Of a stretch of DNA of 64,000 bases, positions 27,729-37,120 are shown piece by piece (the first letter of the stretch is position 1; each line of letters opens with the position of its first letter). Under the pieces are notes generated by a model. The model did not search any database, was not told the origin of the DNA, and was given only the letters and a program-made list of their open reading frames with translations. The position numbers and the translations under genes were made by a program. The DNA is taken from positions 36,624 to 100,623 of the forward strand of contig CAZOHT010000010.1 in the NCBI GenBank assembly GCA_964579825.1, read 5' to 3'. Source of the stretch: an uncultured Anaerolineaceae bacterium. Its GTDB lineage: Bacteria; Chloroflexota; Limnocylindria; Limnocylindrales; CSP1-4.

Positions 27729-29291
27729 TCAGCCCCGACCGATCCGGCGCGTCACTGGTCGCGCTCGTCGTTCGATGCTTCGCTGGAGGGCTCCGGGTAC
27801 CAGGTGGCGTCGCTTTCCGTCGACGAGCGTGCGGGGGCCGGCGGCCGAGAGCGTGTGGAACCCGTCGGGTTGCGGGGACCCGGGCGGCGGCGGGATCGTC
27901 GCCACCGGTGTCTCCGAGAAGGATCGTGTCGTCAACGTGTCGACGCGGCAGATCGTCAACTGCGCGCCGTATCCACCGACGCAGTACTGGCTCGGACGGT
28001 ACAGGGTCCCATCGACGACGAATGGCGTACCGCCCGGACGCGCGGATCGAGCGTCCGTCTTGACCGGATTGAGTTCGTGGGGCTCCCAGGGCCCCGTGAG
28101 CGCGGGCGCGTGCCAGATGAACAGGTTGTGCGTCGGCCCGAGGTCGGCGCTCGTCGCGAACATCCACCAACGGTCGCCGACGCGCGTCACGGAGGCATCG
28201 ACCGCCGGGAAGTCCGGCAGCAGCGTGACCTCCGCCCGCCACCCGCGTGGCCAGTCACGGGCCCGGTAGAGGATGAGCTCGCGAGCGGCAGACGTCTCCG
28301 GGAGCATGAACGTCTCGCCCTGGTCCTCGATGAGGTAGGGATACGAGGCGTGGACGCCGACGTCGAGGACGGTCTCCGGCTCGGTCGACGTCCCATCGGG
28401 GCCGAACGCGACATGCGCGATGGTGCCTCGGCCCTCGCGCTGGTCGTAATCCTCGAAGAAGACGTGGAGGTCGTCGCCGACGTGCGCTCCGAACGGATCC
28501 GCTGCGAATCGGCCAGGGCGCAGTGGCAACCATGCGGTCGGCAATTCGGCGCGAGCGCGGACCACCGTCTCGATCGGCGCATCGATGACGCCCACGTTCC
28601 AGTCGTCATGCTCCAGGACAGCGCGGGGCATGTTCCAGAGACGTCGACCCACAGAGGCGATGCGCAGGACCGGCTCTGGGAGCGCATCAGCCCGCCCTGC
28701 GGGCTTCCCGTCACGCGATGACTCCGCAGGTGGCTGGCTCCCGTCGAGTCGTTTGAGCAGCTCACCGGCGGGCCAGCCGGCGGTGTCCAGGAGGAGTCGA
28801 TCGAGCTGGCTGCCACGGTGCCACGCAAGGAGTCCCTCGCGCAGCACGCGATCACCGGGAGCGGCGATGAGCGCGACGCGCATCGGCCGGTCCTGGACAT
28901 AGGCGACGCGGGCCACCCGCTCGGGCGCGCGTGACATCGCGTTCCCGAAGACGAAGGTCCAGGTCTCGCCGGCGGATCCGACCTCCTGGAGGTCCGAGCC
29001 CAGGCGCAGGTCCAGGGCGACATCCACCGGCACACCGGCGCGATCGCGGACCGCTGACAGCGAGTCAGGAACGGGCACCACCGCCATGGGTCCGGAGCCA
29101 CCGAGACCCGGGTCCGTCGCCGGACCGGGCAGCATCCGGTCCCATCGAGCGATCGCGACACCCTCGAGCGCTTCGACGGCGTCGATGACGGCGGTCTGCC
29201 AGGCCAGGATCGGCCCATCGGTGACGATGGCGGCCGACAGCTTCGCCGTCAGCAAGTGGTCAGTCACGGCCGGGTTCACGCTTGCGCCCAC
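27729..29291 (-). CDS. hypothetical EPS-locus protein; C-terminal half resembles the GH43-like beta-propeller 'glucosamine inositolphosphorylceramide transferase-family' bacterial proteins
   Basis: FAADPFGAHVGDDLHVFFEDYDQREGRGTIAHV...YPYLIEDQGETFMLPET...WWMFAT matches my recollection of that family. The N-terminal ~230 aa are unassigned. GTG start. Confidence 0.45.
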   Translation of the reverse strand: MGASVNPAVTDHLLTAKLSAAIVTDGPILAWQTAVIDAVEALEGVAIARWDRMLPGPATDPGLGGSGPMAVVPVPDSLSAVRDRAGVPVDVALDLRLGSDLQEVGSAGETWTFVFGNAMSRAPERVARVAYVQDRPMRVALIAAPGDRVLREGLLAWHRGSQLDRLLLDTAGWPAGELLKRLDGSQPPAESSRDGKPAGRADALPEPVLRIASVGRRLWNMPRAVLEHDDWNVGVIDAPIETVVRARAELPTAWLPLRPGRFAADPFGAHVGDDLHVFFEDYDQREGRGTIAHVAFGPDGTSTEPETVLDVGVHASYPYLIEDQGETFMLPETSAARELILYRARDWPRGWRAEVTLLPDFPAVDASVTRVGDRWWMFATSADLGPTHNLFIWHAPALTGPWEPHELNPVKTDARSARPGGTPFVVDGTLYRPSQYCVGGYGAQLTICRVDTLTTRSFSETPVATIPPPPGSPQPDGFHTLSAAGPRTLVDGKRRHLVPGALQRSIERRARPVTRRIGRG

Positions 29292-29408
29292 ACTATCCGA
29301 CTATATCCGACCGGACGAACCGCACCCGGACCGGGCCGCCCGCGCACGCTACGATCGGGGCCTGATGACACCGCTTTCGCCGACGCAGGCCGAAGTCGAC
29401 CACCCTGG

Positions 29409-30602
29409 ATGAGTGACATCCTCTGGGTCACGCCGACCTATCCGTGGCCCCAGGAGCCCTCGTTCGGCACCTTCTACCAGACCCAGGCGCAGGCGGTCCA
29501 CCGTCAGGGCGTGGAGCTCACGGTGGTCTGCCCGACGCCGTGGGCGCCGTGGCCGCTGCCCTACGCCAGCGCTCGCTGGCGCCGCTACGCGGATGCCCCG
29601 CGGACGGACCGTGACGGCTCCGTTCCGGTCATCCGGCCACCATATGTGAATGTGCCGGGTGAGCCAGGGTGGGCGCGTCCCGACCAGCGCATCGCGGGCG
29701 CGGTCTGGAGGGCACGTGCAGCGTGGTTCGGCGCCAAGGTGATCCACGGTCACTACGCGATCACCGGGCTGGCCGCCTGGCGCCTCGCCCGACGGACCGG
29801 CCTGCCGTTCGTGTTGACCTTCCACGGCAGCGACATGAACACCTGGCCCGACGAGCATCCCGATCGACTGCCCGACCTTCGCCGCGCGCTGCACGACGCC
29901 AGTGCCGTCTTCGCGGTCAGCCAGGCACTCGCCGATCGGGCGGCGTTCTTGACCGGCGTCGAGACCCAGCATCTGCCGCTCGGCTGTGACCACCGGGCGC
30001 TGGCGGCCGGGGCGCTCCCCAGGGACGTCGCGCGGACGGCCCTCGACCTCCCGAATGACCGCATCATCGTGTTGTTCGTCGGGCACCTCAAGCGCACGAA
30101 GGGCGTCCGTGAACTCGTGGAGGCCGTCCTCGAGGTCGGCGATCCATTCATGGCCGTGCTCGTTGGCGACGGCCCGGAGCGCGGGTACGGCACGTCGGAT
30201 CCGTTGGCGGATGGCCATGTCCTGTACCGCGGGGCGCTCCCCCACGATGACGTGACGGCGTACATGTGCGCCGCCGACGTGCTGGTCCTGCCGTCGTATG
30301 GTGAGGGACTTCCGACGGTCTTCGTGGAAGCCGGGTCCCTGCGGCTCCCGGTCATCGGCAGCCGAGTCGGCGGGATCCCGGAACTGCTCGAGCCTGACCG
30401 CGGCACGATCCTGGGCGATATCCAGCCCGCGACGATCGGGGCGGCCCTGCGGGCATTCCGTCAGGATCGTCCGGCTGCGGAGGCGGCGGCCGAACGCCTG
30501 CACGATCATGTCCTTCGCGAGTACGACATCGATCGCAACGCGGCGCGACTGGTCGACACCTACCGTCGGATCGCACCAACTGTCGGGAGCGGTCGGACGT
30601 GA
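29409..30602 (+). CDS. glycosyltransferase family 4
   Basis: ILWVTPTYPW N-terminus, FHGSDMN, and the C-terminal VLVLPSYGEGLPTVFVEAGSLRLPVIGSRVGGIPE (EX7E region). Confidence 0.85.
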   Translation: MSDILWVTPTYPWPQEPSFGTFYQTQAQAVHRQGVELTVVCPTPWAPWPLPYASARWRRYADAPRTDRDGSVPVIRPPYVNVPGEPGWARPDQRIAGAVWRARAAWFGAKVIHGHYAITGLAAWRLARRTGLPFVLTFHGSDMNTWPDEHPDRLPDLRRALHDASAVFAVSQALADRAAFLTGVETQHLPLGCDHRALAAGALPRDVARTALDLPNDRIIVLFVGHLKRTKGVRELVEAVLEVGDPFMAVLVGDGPERGYGTSDPLADGHVLYRGALPHDDVTAYMCAADVLVLPSYGEGLPTVFVEAGSLRLPVIGSRVGGIPELLEPDRGTILGDIQPATIGAALRAFRQDRPAAEAAAERLHDHVLREYDIDRNAARLVDTYRRIAPTVGSGRT

Positions 30603-31195
30603 CGGGATCGAAGCGCGCGATGGACTTGCTGCTTGGGTCGGTCGGTCTGATCGTCGCGATCCCGATGATGGGCCTCATCGCGTTGCTGATGCGACTGTCG
30701 GGCGACGATGGGCCGTTCCTGTACCGGGCGCCACGGATCGGCGAGGGCGGTCGGGTCATCACGGTCCTCAAGATCCGCACCATGCGCGAGGGAGCGACGG
30801 GATCTCGCCTGACCTCGACCAGTGACGCGCGGATCACCCGCGTCGGACGGCTGTTGCGACGGGTCCGCATCGATGAGCTGCCACAACTCATCAACGTCGT
30901 GCGGGGCGAGATGTCGCTGGTGGGTCCTCGCCCAGAGGACCCGATGTTCGTCGACTTCACCGACCCTCTCCACCGCAAGGTCTTCACGGCTCGGCCCGGC
31001 ATCACCGGCCTGGCGCAACTCGAGTTCCACGACGAGGCGAGGATCCTGGCCGGCGAGGATTCCGAGCGGCGGTATCGGGAGGTCGTCCTGCCGGCCAAGT
31101 TGCGGCTCGACGCCAAGTACCTTGACGAGCGGACGACGATGCTCGATCTCAAGATCCTGGCCAGGACCGTCGGAGCGGTCCTGGGAAGCGACTAG
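30599..31195 (+). CDS. undecaprenyl-phosphate sugar phosphotransferase (small monotopic 'bacterial sugar transferase', PglC/WbaP C-terminal type)
   Basis: KRAMDLLLGSVGLIVAIPMM re-entrant helix, then RIDELPQLINVVRGEMSLVGPRP and RPGITGLAQ. GTG start overlaps the upstream stop. Confidence 0.9.
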   Translation: MTGSKRAMDLLLGSVGLIVAIPMMGLIALLMRLSGDDGPFLYRAPRIGEGGRVITVLKIRTMREGATGSRLTSTSDARITRVGRLLRRVRIDELPQLINVVRGEMSLVGPRPEDPMFVDFTDPLHRKVFTARPGITGLAQLEFHDEARILAGEDSERRYREVVLPAKLRLDAKYLDERTTMLDLKILARTVGAVLGSD

Positions 31196-31233
31196 GTCGC
31201 TGAGCGCGGGGCGGGTCAGGTCACCCCGTCACG

Positions 31234-31776
31234 TCACGCGACCGGGGTCCCGTCGGTGCCACGAGAGTGGACATGGCCGGTCGCAACATGGATCACGGTA
31301 CCGATGGCCAGCCCGATGGTGAATCCGGTCAAGTTGTCGATCACATCGGCGCTCTGGCACTGCCGATCGAGGACGGTGACCACCAGTTGGACGGCTTCGA
31401 TCGCGAACGGGAACGCGATCCCCGCCAGGATCAAGCCCACCTTGGCCTTCGATCCGGGCATCAGTCCGATCGCCACGCCGAGTGGCATGAACAGCAGCAC
31501 GTTGAGCCCCGTCTCCCCGAACCGGAGGACCTCGCGGATCGGGGCCATGGAGAGACGGCTGAGATCGCAGGCGCCGCTGCCCTCCGCACCGGACCGGAAC
31601 ACGCCGCCACCTGGCGTCAGCGTCGCGGCGACGATGATCCCGACGCCGAAGACGAGCCCCCAGGCGATCACGTTCGACACGCGCAGCGTCCGACCGAGGC
31701 GCCCGGCGAGGGCGAACGCCAGGATCGCCGAGATCACGAGGCCCGGCAGGAACCCCGGATACTCTCGGAGCCTCAT
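31234..31776 (-). CDS. VanZ-like family membrane protein
   Basis: 180 aa with 4-5 TM segments. NVLLFMPLG and the C-terminal DVIDNLTGFTIG are VanZ-like. Confidence 0.65.
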   Translation of the reverse strand: MRLREYPGFLPGLVISAILAFALAGRLGRTLRVSNVIAWGLVFGVGIIVAATLTPGGGVFRSGAEGSGACDLSRLSMAPIREVLRFGETGLNVLLFMPLGVAIGLMPGSKAKVGLILAGIAFPFAIEAVQLVVTVLDRQCQSADVIDNLTGFTIGLAIGTVIHVATGHVHSRGTDGTPVA

Positions 31777-31828
31777 CGGTCGGCCAGCGCGTCAGGTGAG
31801 GGAGGCCGTCGAGCCCGGTCCGATCCGA

Positions 31829-33082
31829 TCAGCGTCGTGCCGATCCCAGGATCGCTTCGAGCCCGCCCACGACCCGATCGACATCCGTCGCCCGCAGGCC
31901 TGGCCAGATCGGCAGGGAGACGACCCGCTCGTACTCCCGCGTCGCGACCGGACAATCGGTCGCGACGTAGCCGCGCTCCGCGTAGTACGGGTGCAGGTGC
32001 AGCGGGATGAAGTGCACGCTGGTCCCGATCCCGAGGGCCTTGAGCCCGTCGATGACCCCGGCACGGTCGATCGTCAGCCTGTCGAGGTGCAACCGCACGA
32101 TGAACAGATGCCACGCATGCGATCCGTCCGGCGTATCGGCCGGGAGTTCCAGGAGGTCGGCCACGGGTCCGCCGCCGAGCCGCTCCGCGTACCCCGAGGC
32201 GAGCGCCCGGCGTGCGGCGAGCAGCTCCTCGGCCCGATCGAGCTGGACGAGGCCCAAGGCTGAGGCCATGTCGGTCATGTTGTACTTGTACCCGACGTCC
32301 TCGATCTCGTAGTACCAGGAGCCGGCCGCGGTATAGCGATTCCAGGCGTTGCGGCTGATCCCGTGGAGCGACATCAGGCGCGCCCGATCGGCCACGTCCG
32401 GGTCATCCGTGACGAGCATCCCGCCTTCGCCGGTCGTGATGGTCTTCGTCGCGTAGAACGAGTAGGCACCCGCCTTGCCGAAGGTCCCCGCGTACCGTCC
32501 CTGGGCGGATCCGACGCGCGACGGGAACGAGTGGGCGGCGTCCTCGAGAACCGGGATCCCGAGCGGGTCCAGCACCTCGAGGAGGCGAGCCATGTCCGCG
32601 GGATAGCCCGCCAGGTGGACGATCACGACGGCTCGCGTCCGCTCCGTGACCGCGGCGAGGATGGTCTCAGGCGTCGCATTCAGCGTGACCGGGTCGACAT
32701 CGACCAGGACGGCGCGGGCTCCCAGGTAGGCCACGACCTCCGCGCTGGACGCGAAGGTCCAGGTCGGCACGATGACCTCGTCGCCTGGGCCGACGCCGAA
32801 CGCCTCCAGGGCGAGGTGCAACGCGGCCGTGGCCGAATTCAGGGCGATCGCGAAGCGCCCACCGACCTTGGTCGCGAATGCCTCCTCGAACCGCTTGGTC
32901 CGGGCGCCGGTCGTCAGCCACCCTGAATCCAGGACCTCCATGACCGCATCCTTCTCGCGATCCGTGATCGACGGGAAGGCGAAGGGCAGGAACGGCTCGG
33001 TCACGGCCGTCCGGCCTGCCACTGACGGTGGATCGGACGGCGGAGTCGAGAGCCCAAGGTCGGATGGTGTGCTGGCTTCCAT
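31829..33082 (-). CDS. DegT/DnrJ/EryC1/StrS-family sugar aminotransferase (PLP)
   Basis: NSATAALHLAL, EVIVPTWTFASSA and SFYATKTITTGEGGML (PLP-Lys). ATG at 33082 is chosen; the rest of the 582-aa track ORF is Arg-rich shadow. Confidence 0.85.
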   Translation of the reverse strand: MEASTPSDLGLSTPPSDPPSVAGRTAVTEPFLPFAFPSITDREKDAVMEVLDSGWLTTGARTKRFEEAFATKVGGRFAIALNSATAALHLALEAFGVGPGDEVIVPTWTFASSAEVVAYLGARAVLVDVDPVTLNATPETILAAVTERTRAVVIVHLAGYPADMARLLEVLDPLGIPVLEDAAHSFPSRVGSAQGRYAGTFGKAGAYSFYATKTITTGEGGMLVTDDPDVADRARLMSLHGISRNAWNRYTAAGSWYYEIEDVGYKYNMTDMASALGLVQLDRAEELLAARRALASGYAERLGGGPVADLLELPADTPDGSHAWHLFIVRLHLDRLTIDRAGVIDGLKALGIGTSVHFIPLHLHPYYAERGYVATDCPVATREYERVVSLPIWPGLRATDVDRVVGGLEAILGSARR

Positions 33083-33162
33083 GCGCCCATGATAGGTGGC
33101 CGAGCCGTTCGGGAGCCGCTTCCATGTCAGGCACTGGTGCGGCCCGGCCACACCAGAGACGA

Positions 33163-34326
33163 TCAGTCGATCGACTCGAGGTGATCGGACAGGAACCCGA
33201 TGACGCGGTCGACCTCGGTGTCGCGCAGGGCCGGCGTGATCGGCAGGTTGACGATCCGGTGGCAGATCCCCTCGGCGATCGGGGCCTGTCCTGCGGCATA
33301 GCCCCACCGCTCGAGTCGGTCGACGACCGGATGGATCGGCGATACGAACCAGTCGCCGAGATCCACGCCGGCTTTCTCGCTTGCCGCGACGACGGTCGGG
33401 CGATCGGAGACGAGCAGCGGGTACCGAAGGAATGCGTGGACGATCCCTTCCGGTTCGGCTGGGACGGTTCGACCTCGATCGCGCAGCCAGGCGGAATACC
33501 GCCCCGCGATCGCTCGGCGCCGAGCCACCTCGGCGGCAAGATGCGGGACACGGTCCGCGCCGTATCCCGCCTGCCACGACGACAGGCCGGTGAGGAACCC
33601 GGCAGGCATCGTCGCCGTTTCGAGTTCATCCTGGCTCGACGAGCTGGGGACGAGTCCTCGCCGGCTGAGCGCTCGGTACGCGGAGCGACCGGTCCGGAAC
33701 AGGCGTCCGTGGCCGCCATGCCGCATCCCGAACACCAGGGTCCGCAACAGCGCGATCGAGGCCGACGAGGGAGCGGGCGCCTCCGCTTCGATCACCGCGA
33801 GGCGGGCCGCGATCGCCGGATCGGTGGCGACCGCGAACCCCCCGAGGCCGGTCGAGATCGTCTTGCTCCACTGGGTCGAGAAGAACGATGCCGGTGTGGA
33901 CGCGCCATTCGGACGATCACGGTAGGTGCCGCCCAGGCCATGCGTGCAATCGTCGATGACCCTGATATCGCGTGCCGCACCCAGGGACGTGAGGCTTGCG
34001 AGGTCGGCCGATAGCCCGAAGGTGTTCTGGGCGATGATCGCGCGGGTCCTCGGCCCGATGGCTGCCTCGACCGCGGCCGGATCGATCGTCAGGGTGGCCG
34101 GATCGATGTCGACATAGATCGGTGTCGCGCCGGTGTACAGGATCGCGTTGGGTACCGCGACACAGGTGAACGCCGGGAGGATGACCTCATCCCCGGGGCC
34201 GATGTCGCAGGCACGCAGGATCGCGTAAAGGGCCACGCGGCCCTTGGCGAACAGGAAGATCGATCCGGGCGGTACCCCGGTGACCTCGCCGACCCGCTCC
34301 CGGAACAGCGCCCGGCTATCGCTCAT
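33163..34326 (-). CDS. DegT-family aminotransferase-like protein (divergent second copy)
   Basis: GRVALYAILRA, EVILPAFTCVAV and FSTQWSKTISTGLGG (Lys in the PLP position). ATGA overlap with the upstream GT4. Confidence 0.7.
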   Translation of the reverse strand: MSDSRALFRERVGEVTGVPPGSIFLFAKGRVALYAILRACDIGPGDEVILPAFTCVAVPNAILYTGATPIYVDIDPATLTIDPAAVEAAIGPRTRAIIAQNTFGLSADLASLTSLGAARDIRVIDDCTHGLGGTYRDRPNGASTPASFFSTQWSKTISTGLGGFAVATDPAIAARLAVIEAEAPAPSSASIALLRTLVFGMRHGGHGRLFRTGRSAYRALSRRGLVPSSSSQDELETATMPAGFLTGLSSWQAGYGADRVPHLAAEVARRRAIAGRYSAWLRDRGRTVPAEPEGIVHAFLRYPLLVSDRPTVVAASEKAGVDLGDWFVSPIHPVVDRLERWGYAAGQAPIAEGICHRIVNLPITPALRDTEVDRVIGFLSDHLESID

Positions 34327-35612
34327 CGGCCGGCACCGAACAGCAGTGGGTCGTACTGACGGGCCAGCGTGGCATAGGACCGCTCACGCGCCACCCAGGT
34401 TCGCCCGTTCGACCCCATCGCCTGTCGCCGGTCTGTCGGTAGATCGCGCATCGACCGGATCGCGGCCGCCAGTGCAACAGCATCGTCCGGCGGGATCGTC
34501 AGCCCGCAGTCGGCCTCCTGGACCAGGTCGTTCGCTCCGTCCGCGGCGAGGATGATCGGGCGGGCGGCCGCCATGTAGTCATAGACCTTGTTCGGTGAGA
34601 TCCCGAATCGATACAGCGGACTCTTGTGATACCCGACGTAACAGACGTCGAATCCGCTCAGGGTAGACGGCACGTCGGCCTTCGGGATCGCGCCGACGAA
34701 CCGCACGGCCGGCAGGTCCGCCGCCAGCGACCGAAGGCGATCGCCCTCGGACCCCTGGCCGACGATGACGATCTCGATCCGCTCACCGTCGAGCAGCCGC
34801 GCCGCCTCGAGCAGGTTGTCGATCGCATTGGCGAGCGCCAGCGTCCCGACGAAGCCGACCCTGAAGGGCCGGTCCCCGTCTCCCGTCGTCGAAGGCGGCA
34901 CCGTTGCCGTCGTCGGCTCTGCCAGCACATCGGCACTGACACCGTTGGGGATGACGGTCAACTTGCCTGGATCGGCCCCGCGGTCGGCCAGGTGCGAGGC
35001 CAGAGCCGGCAAGACCGAGACGATCCGATCGGCGACCCGGTAGGCTCGATCCTCGAACCACTGCATCGTGAACACCAGCGGGTGCCGGGGCGACAGGCCA
35101 CCAAGCTCACGCAGGGTCAGCGGCCAGACGTCGCGGACCTCGAACAGCAGGCGACTGCCGAACCGTCGGGCCCAACGCGCTGCCGGGAGGATCGGGTACA
35201 AGGACGGCGACGACACGACGATCGCGTCAGGCTCCGGCAAGCGGCCCGTCGGCAGCCGGTACAGGCGCAACATGAACACGATCATGTTCCAGACTCGACC
35301 GATGCTGATCGCGCGCCGGTACGTCGGCACACGCACCCAGCAGTACGTGAGGCCATCCAGGGGCTCGACAGTGTAGGCTCCCGCAACGGCCGGTTGGCGG
35401 GCGAACAGATGGGAGTAGGACCCGGAGATGATGACGACGGTCGCGCCGAGCCGCACGAGCTCCCGCCCCAACTCGTAGTGGCGGAACTCCATCCCGTGGT
35501 CGGCGGACCCGGCGTACTGATTCACGAACCAGACCACACGCGGTCGCGGGTCATCTGGACCCGATGGGCGGACGTCGATCATCGGCGGGTCGCGAGCACC
35601 TCGGCGAGACAT
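34323..35612 (-). CDS. glycosyltransferase family 4 (WbuB-like)
   Basis: VVWFVNQYAG, FEVRDVWP, and the C-terminal GISPNKVYDYMAAARPIIL. ATG at 35582 is an alternative start. Confidence 0.8.
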   Translation of the reverse strand: MSRRGARDPPMIDVRPSGPDDPRPRVVWFVNQYAGSADHGMEFRHYELGRELVRLGATVVIISGSYSHLFARQPAVAGAYTVEPLDGLTYCWVRVPTYRRAISIGRVWNMIVFMLRLYRLPTGRLPEPDAIVVSSPSLYPILPAARWARRFGSRLLFEVRDVWPLTLRELGGLSPRHPLVFTMQWFEDRAYRVADRIVSVLPALASHLADRGADPGKLTVIPNGVSADVLAEPTTATVPPSTTGDGDRPFRVGFVGTLALANAIDNLLEAARLLDGERIEIVIVGQGSEGDRLRSLAADLPAVRFVGAIPKADVPSTLSGFDVCYVGYHKSPLYRFGISPNKVYDYMAAARPIILAADGANDLVQEADCGLTIPPDDAVALAAAIRSMRDLPTDRRQAMGSNGRTWVARERSYATLARQYDPLLFGAGR

Positions 35613-35712
35613 GGCAGCCTGGCGCTCAGGCGTACGCCAGCATGAAATGGTCGTCTCCGACTATACAGTCGGCCGATCGGATCGTTGACATGCTCCTTGA
35701 GGGGATCGATCT

Positions 35713-37086
35713 GTGACCGACGTCCGGACCGAGACCGAGGAACCGAACTCGGGTCAGGCCTTCTCCAACCGCGTCCTGATGTTGTTCGCCACCCAGGTCT
35801 TCACCGCGGGAATGGCCATCTTCAACGGCTTCCTCCTGGCCCGAGCCCTGGGTCCAAGCGCCAAGGGCGACTACTACCTGGTGACGCTGCTTCCTGCCAC
35901 CATCATGGTCTTCATCCAATTCGGTTTGCCGTCCGCCCTGAGCTTCTTCTCAGCACGGGGCCTCGTTGACCGGATCGTGTCCCGAACGCTGATCCTGACG
36001 GTCGCCCTCACGGGACCTGCCTTCGTGATCGTCATCGCGATCCTTCCGTTCCTCCAACAGACGATCGTCCAAGGACCCGACAGGTCGTTGATCCTGTTCT
36101 GTCTGCTGGCCCTGCCCTTGCTCCTGAACGCGACGTTCACGACCGCGGTGGTGATCGGGCGCCAAGCGGTGGGCTGGGCATCTGCTGTCTACGTCATCGT
36201 TGCCGCGAGTACGACAGCGCTGTTGGTCATCCTTGTCGTCATCTTGGATCTCGGACTGATGGGAGCCCTTGTGGCCTACCTACTCAACGCCGTGATCCTT
36301 GCAACCGGCTTCATCATCGGAGCCAAGCGGACGTCGGACCTTCCGCCTCGTACCGGCGTCGTCCGATACCGGGCGCTCTTCGGGTTCGGCCTGCGCCTGT
36401 ACCCCGGGAACCTCAGCCAGTTCCTGACGAATCGGGCCGACGTCTACCTCATCGCCTGGCTCATGGTGGCTCCATCCGCCCCGCTCGGCTACTACAGCAT
36501 GGGCGTCTCGATGGCAGAACTCGTCTTGTTCTTTCCGCGCGTCGTTTCGACCATCTTCTTCCCACACGTCTCACGCGCGACCAGGGAAGATGCCGATCGC
36601 CAAGTCCCTCGCGTCACACGGGTGACGTTGCTCCTGACGGCGTGCGTCGCGATCGCCATGGTTCCGACCGCGACGACCCTCATCCTGTGGCTGATCCCAG
36701 CGTTCACTCCCGCGCTCTCGGCCCTATATGTCCTCCTGCCCGGCGTCGCCGCCCTGAGCGTCTCCGAGGTGCTGAGTGGGTATGCGGCCGGCCTCGGACG
36801 AACCACCTTGACGTCCATGGTCAGCATCTCGGTGCTGATCGCGAACGTCGCCCTCAACATCGTGCTGATCCCGATCTACGGGATCGTCGGAGCGGCACTC
36901 GCGTCGCTGTTGACCTACACCTTCGCGGCCGTGACGTTCTCGGTGATCGCGTCTCGCCTAGCCGATACCCCGCTTCGGCGCTTCTGGATCCCACACATGG
37001 ACGACGTCCGATTCGTCGTGTCGACCTTGACGGCGCTGGGGCGACGGATAGCGGCTTCGCGGACCGGCGCCACCCGCACTGGGTGA
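35713..37086 (+). CDS. wzx: polysaccharide flippase, MOP superfamily (Wzx-like)
   Basis: 457 aa with about 12-14 TM segments and a typical Wzx N-terminus (NRVLMLFATQVFTAGMAIFNGFLLARALG). GTG start. GC content is visibly lower than in neighbouring genes. Confidence 0.8.
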   Translation: MTDVRTETEEPNSGQAFSNRVLMLFATQVFTAGMAIFNGFLLARALGPSAKGDYYLVTLLPATIMVFIQFGLPSALSFFSARGLVDRIVSRTLILTVALTGPAFVIVIAILPFLQQTIVQGPDRSLILFCLLALPLLLNATFTTAVVIGRQAVGWASAVYVIVAASTTALLVILVVILDLGLMGALVAYLLNAVILATGFIIGAKRTSDLPPRTGVVRYRALFGFGLRLYPGNLSQFLTNRADVYLIAWLMVAPSAPLGYYSMGVSMAELVLFFPRVVSTIFFPHVSRATREDADRQVPRVTRVTLLLTACVAIAMVPTATTLILWLIPAFTPALSALYVLLPGVAALSVSEVLSGYAAGLGRTTLTSMVSISVLIANVALNIVLIPIYGIVGAALASLLTYTFAAVTFSVIASRLADTPLRRFWIPHMDDVRFVVSTLTALGRRIAASRTGATRTG

Positions 37087-37120
37087 CGCCGGCGCCGCGT
37101 CTGGGATCGACCGGACAGCC

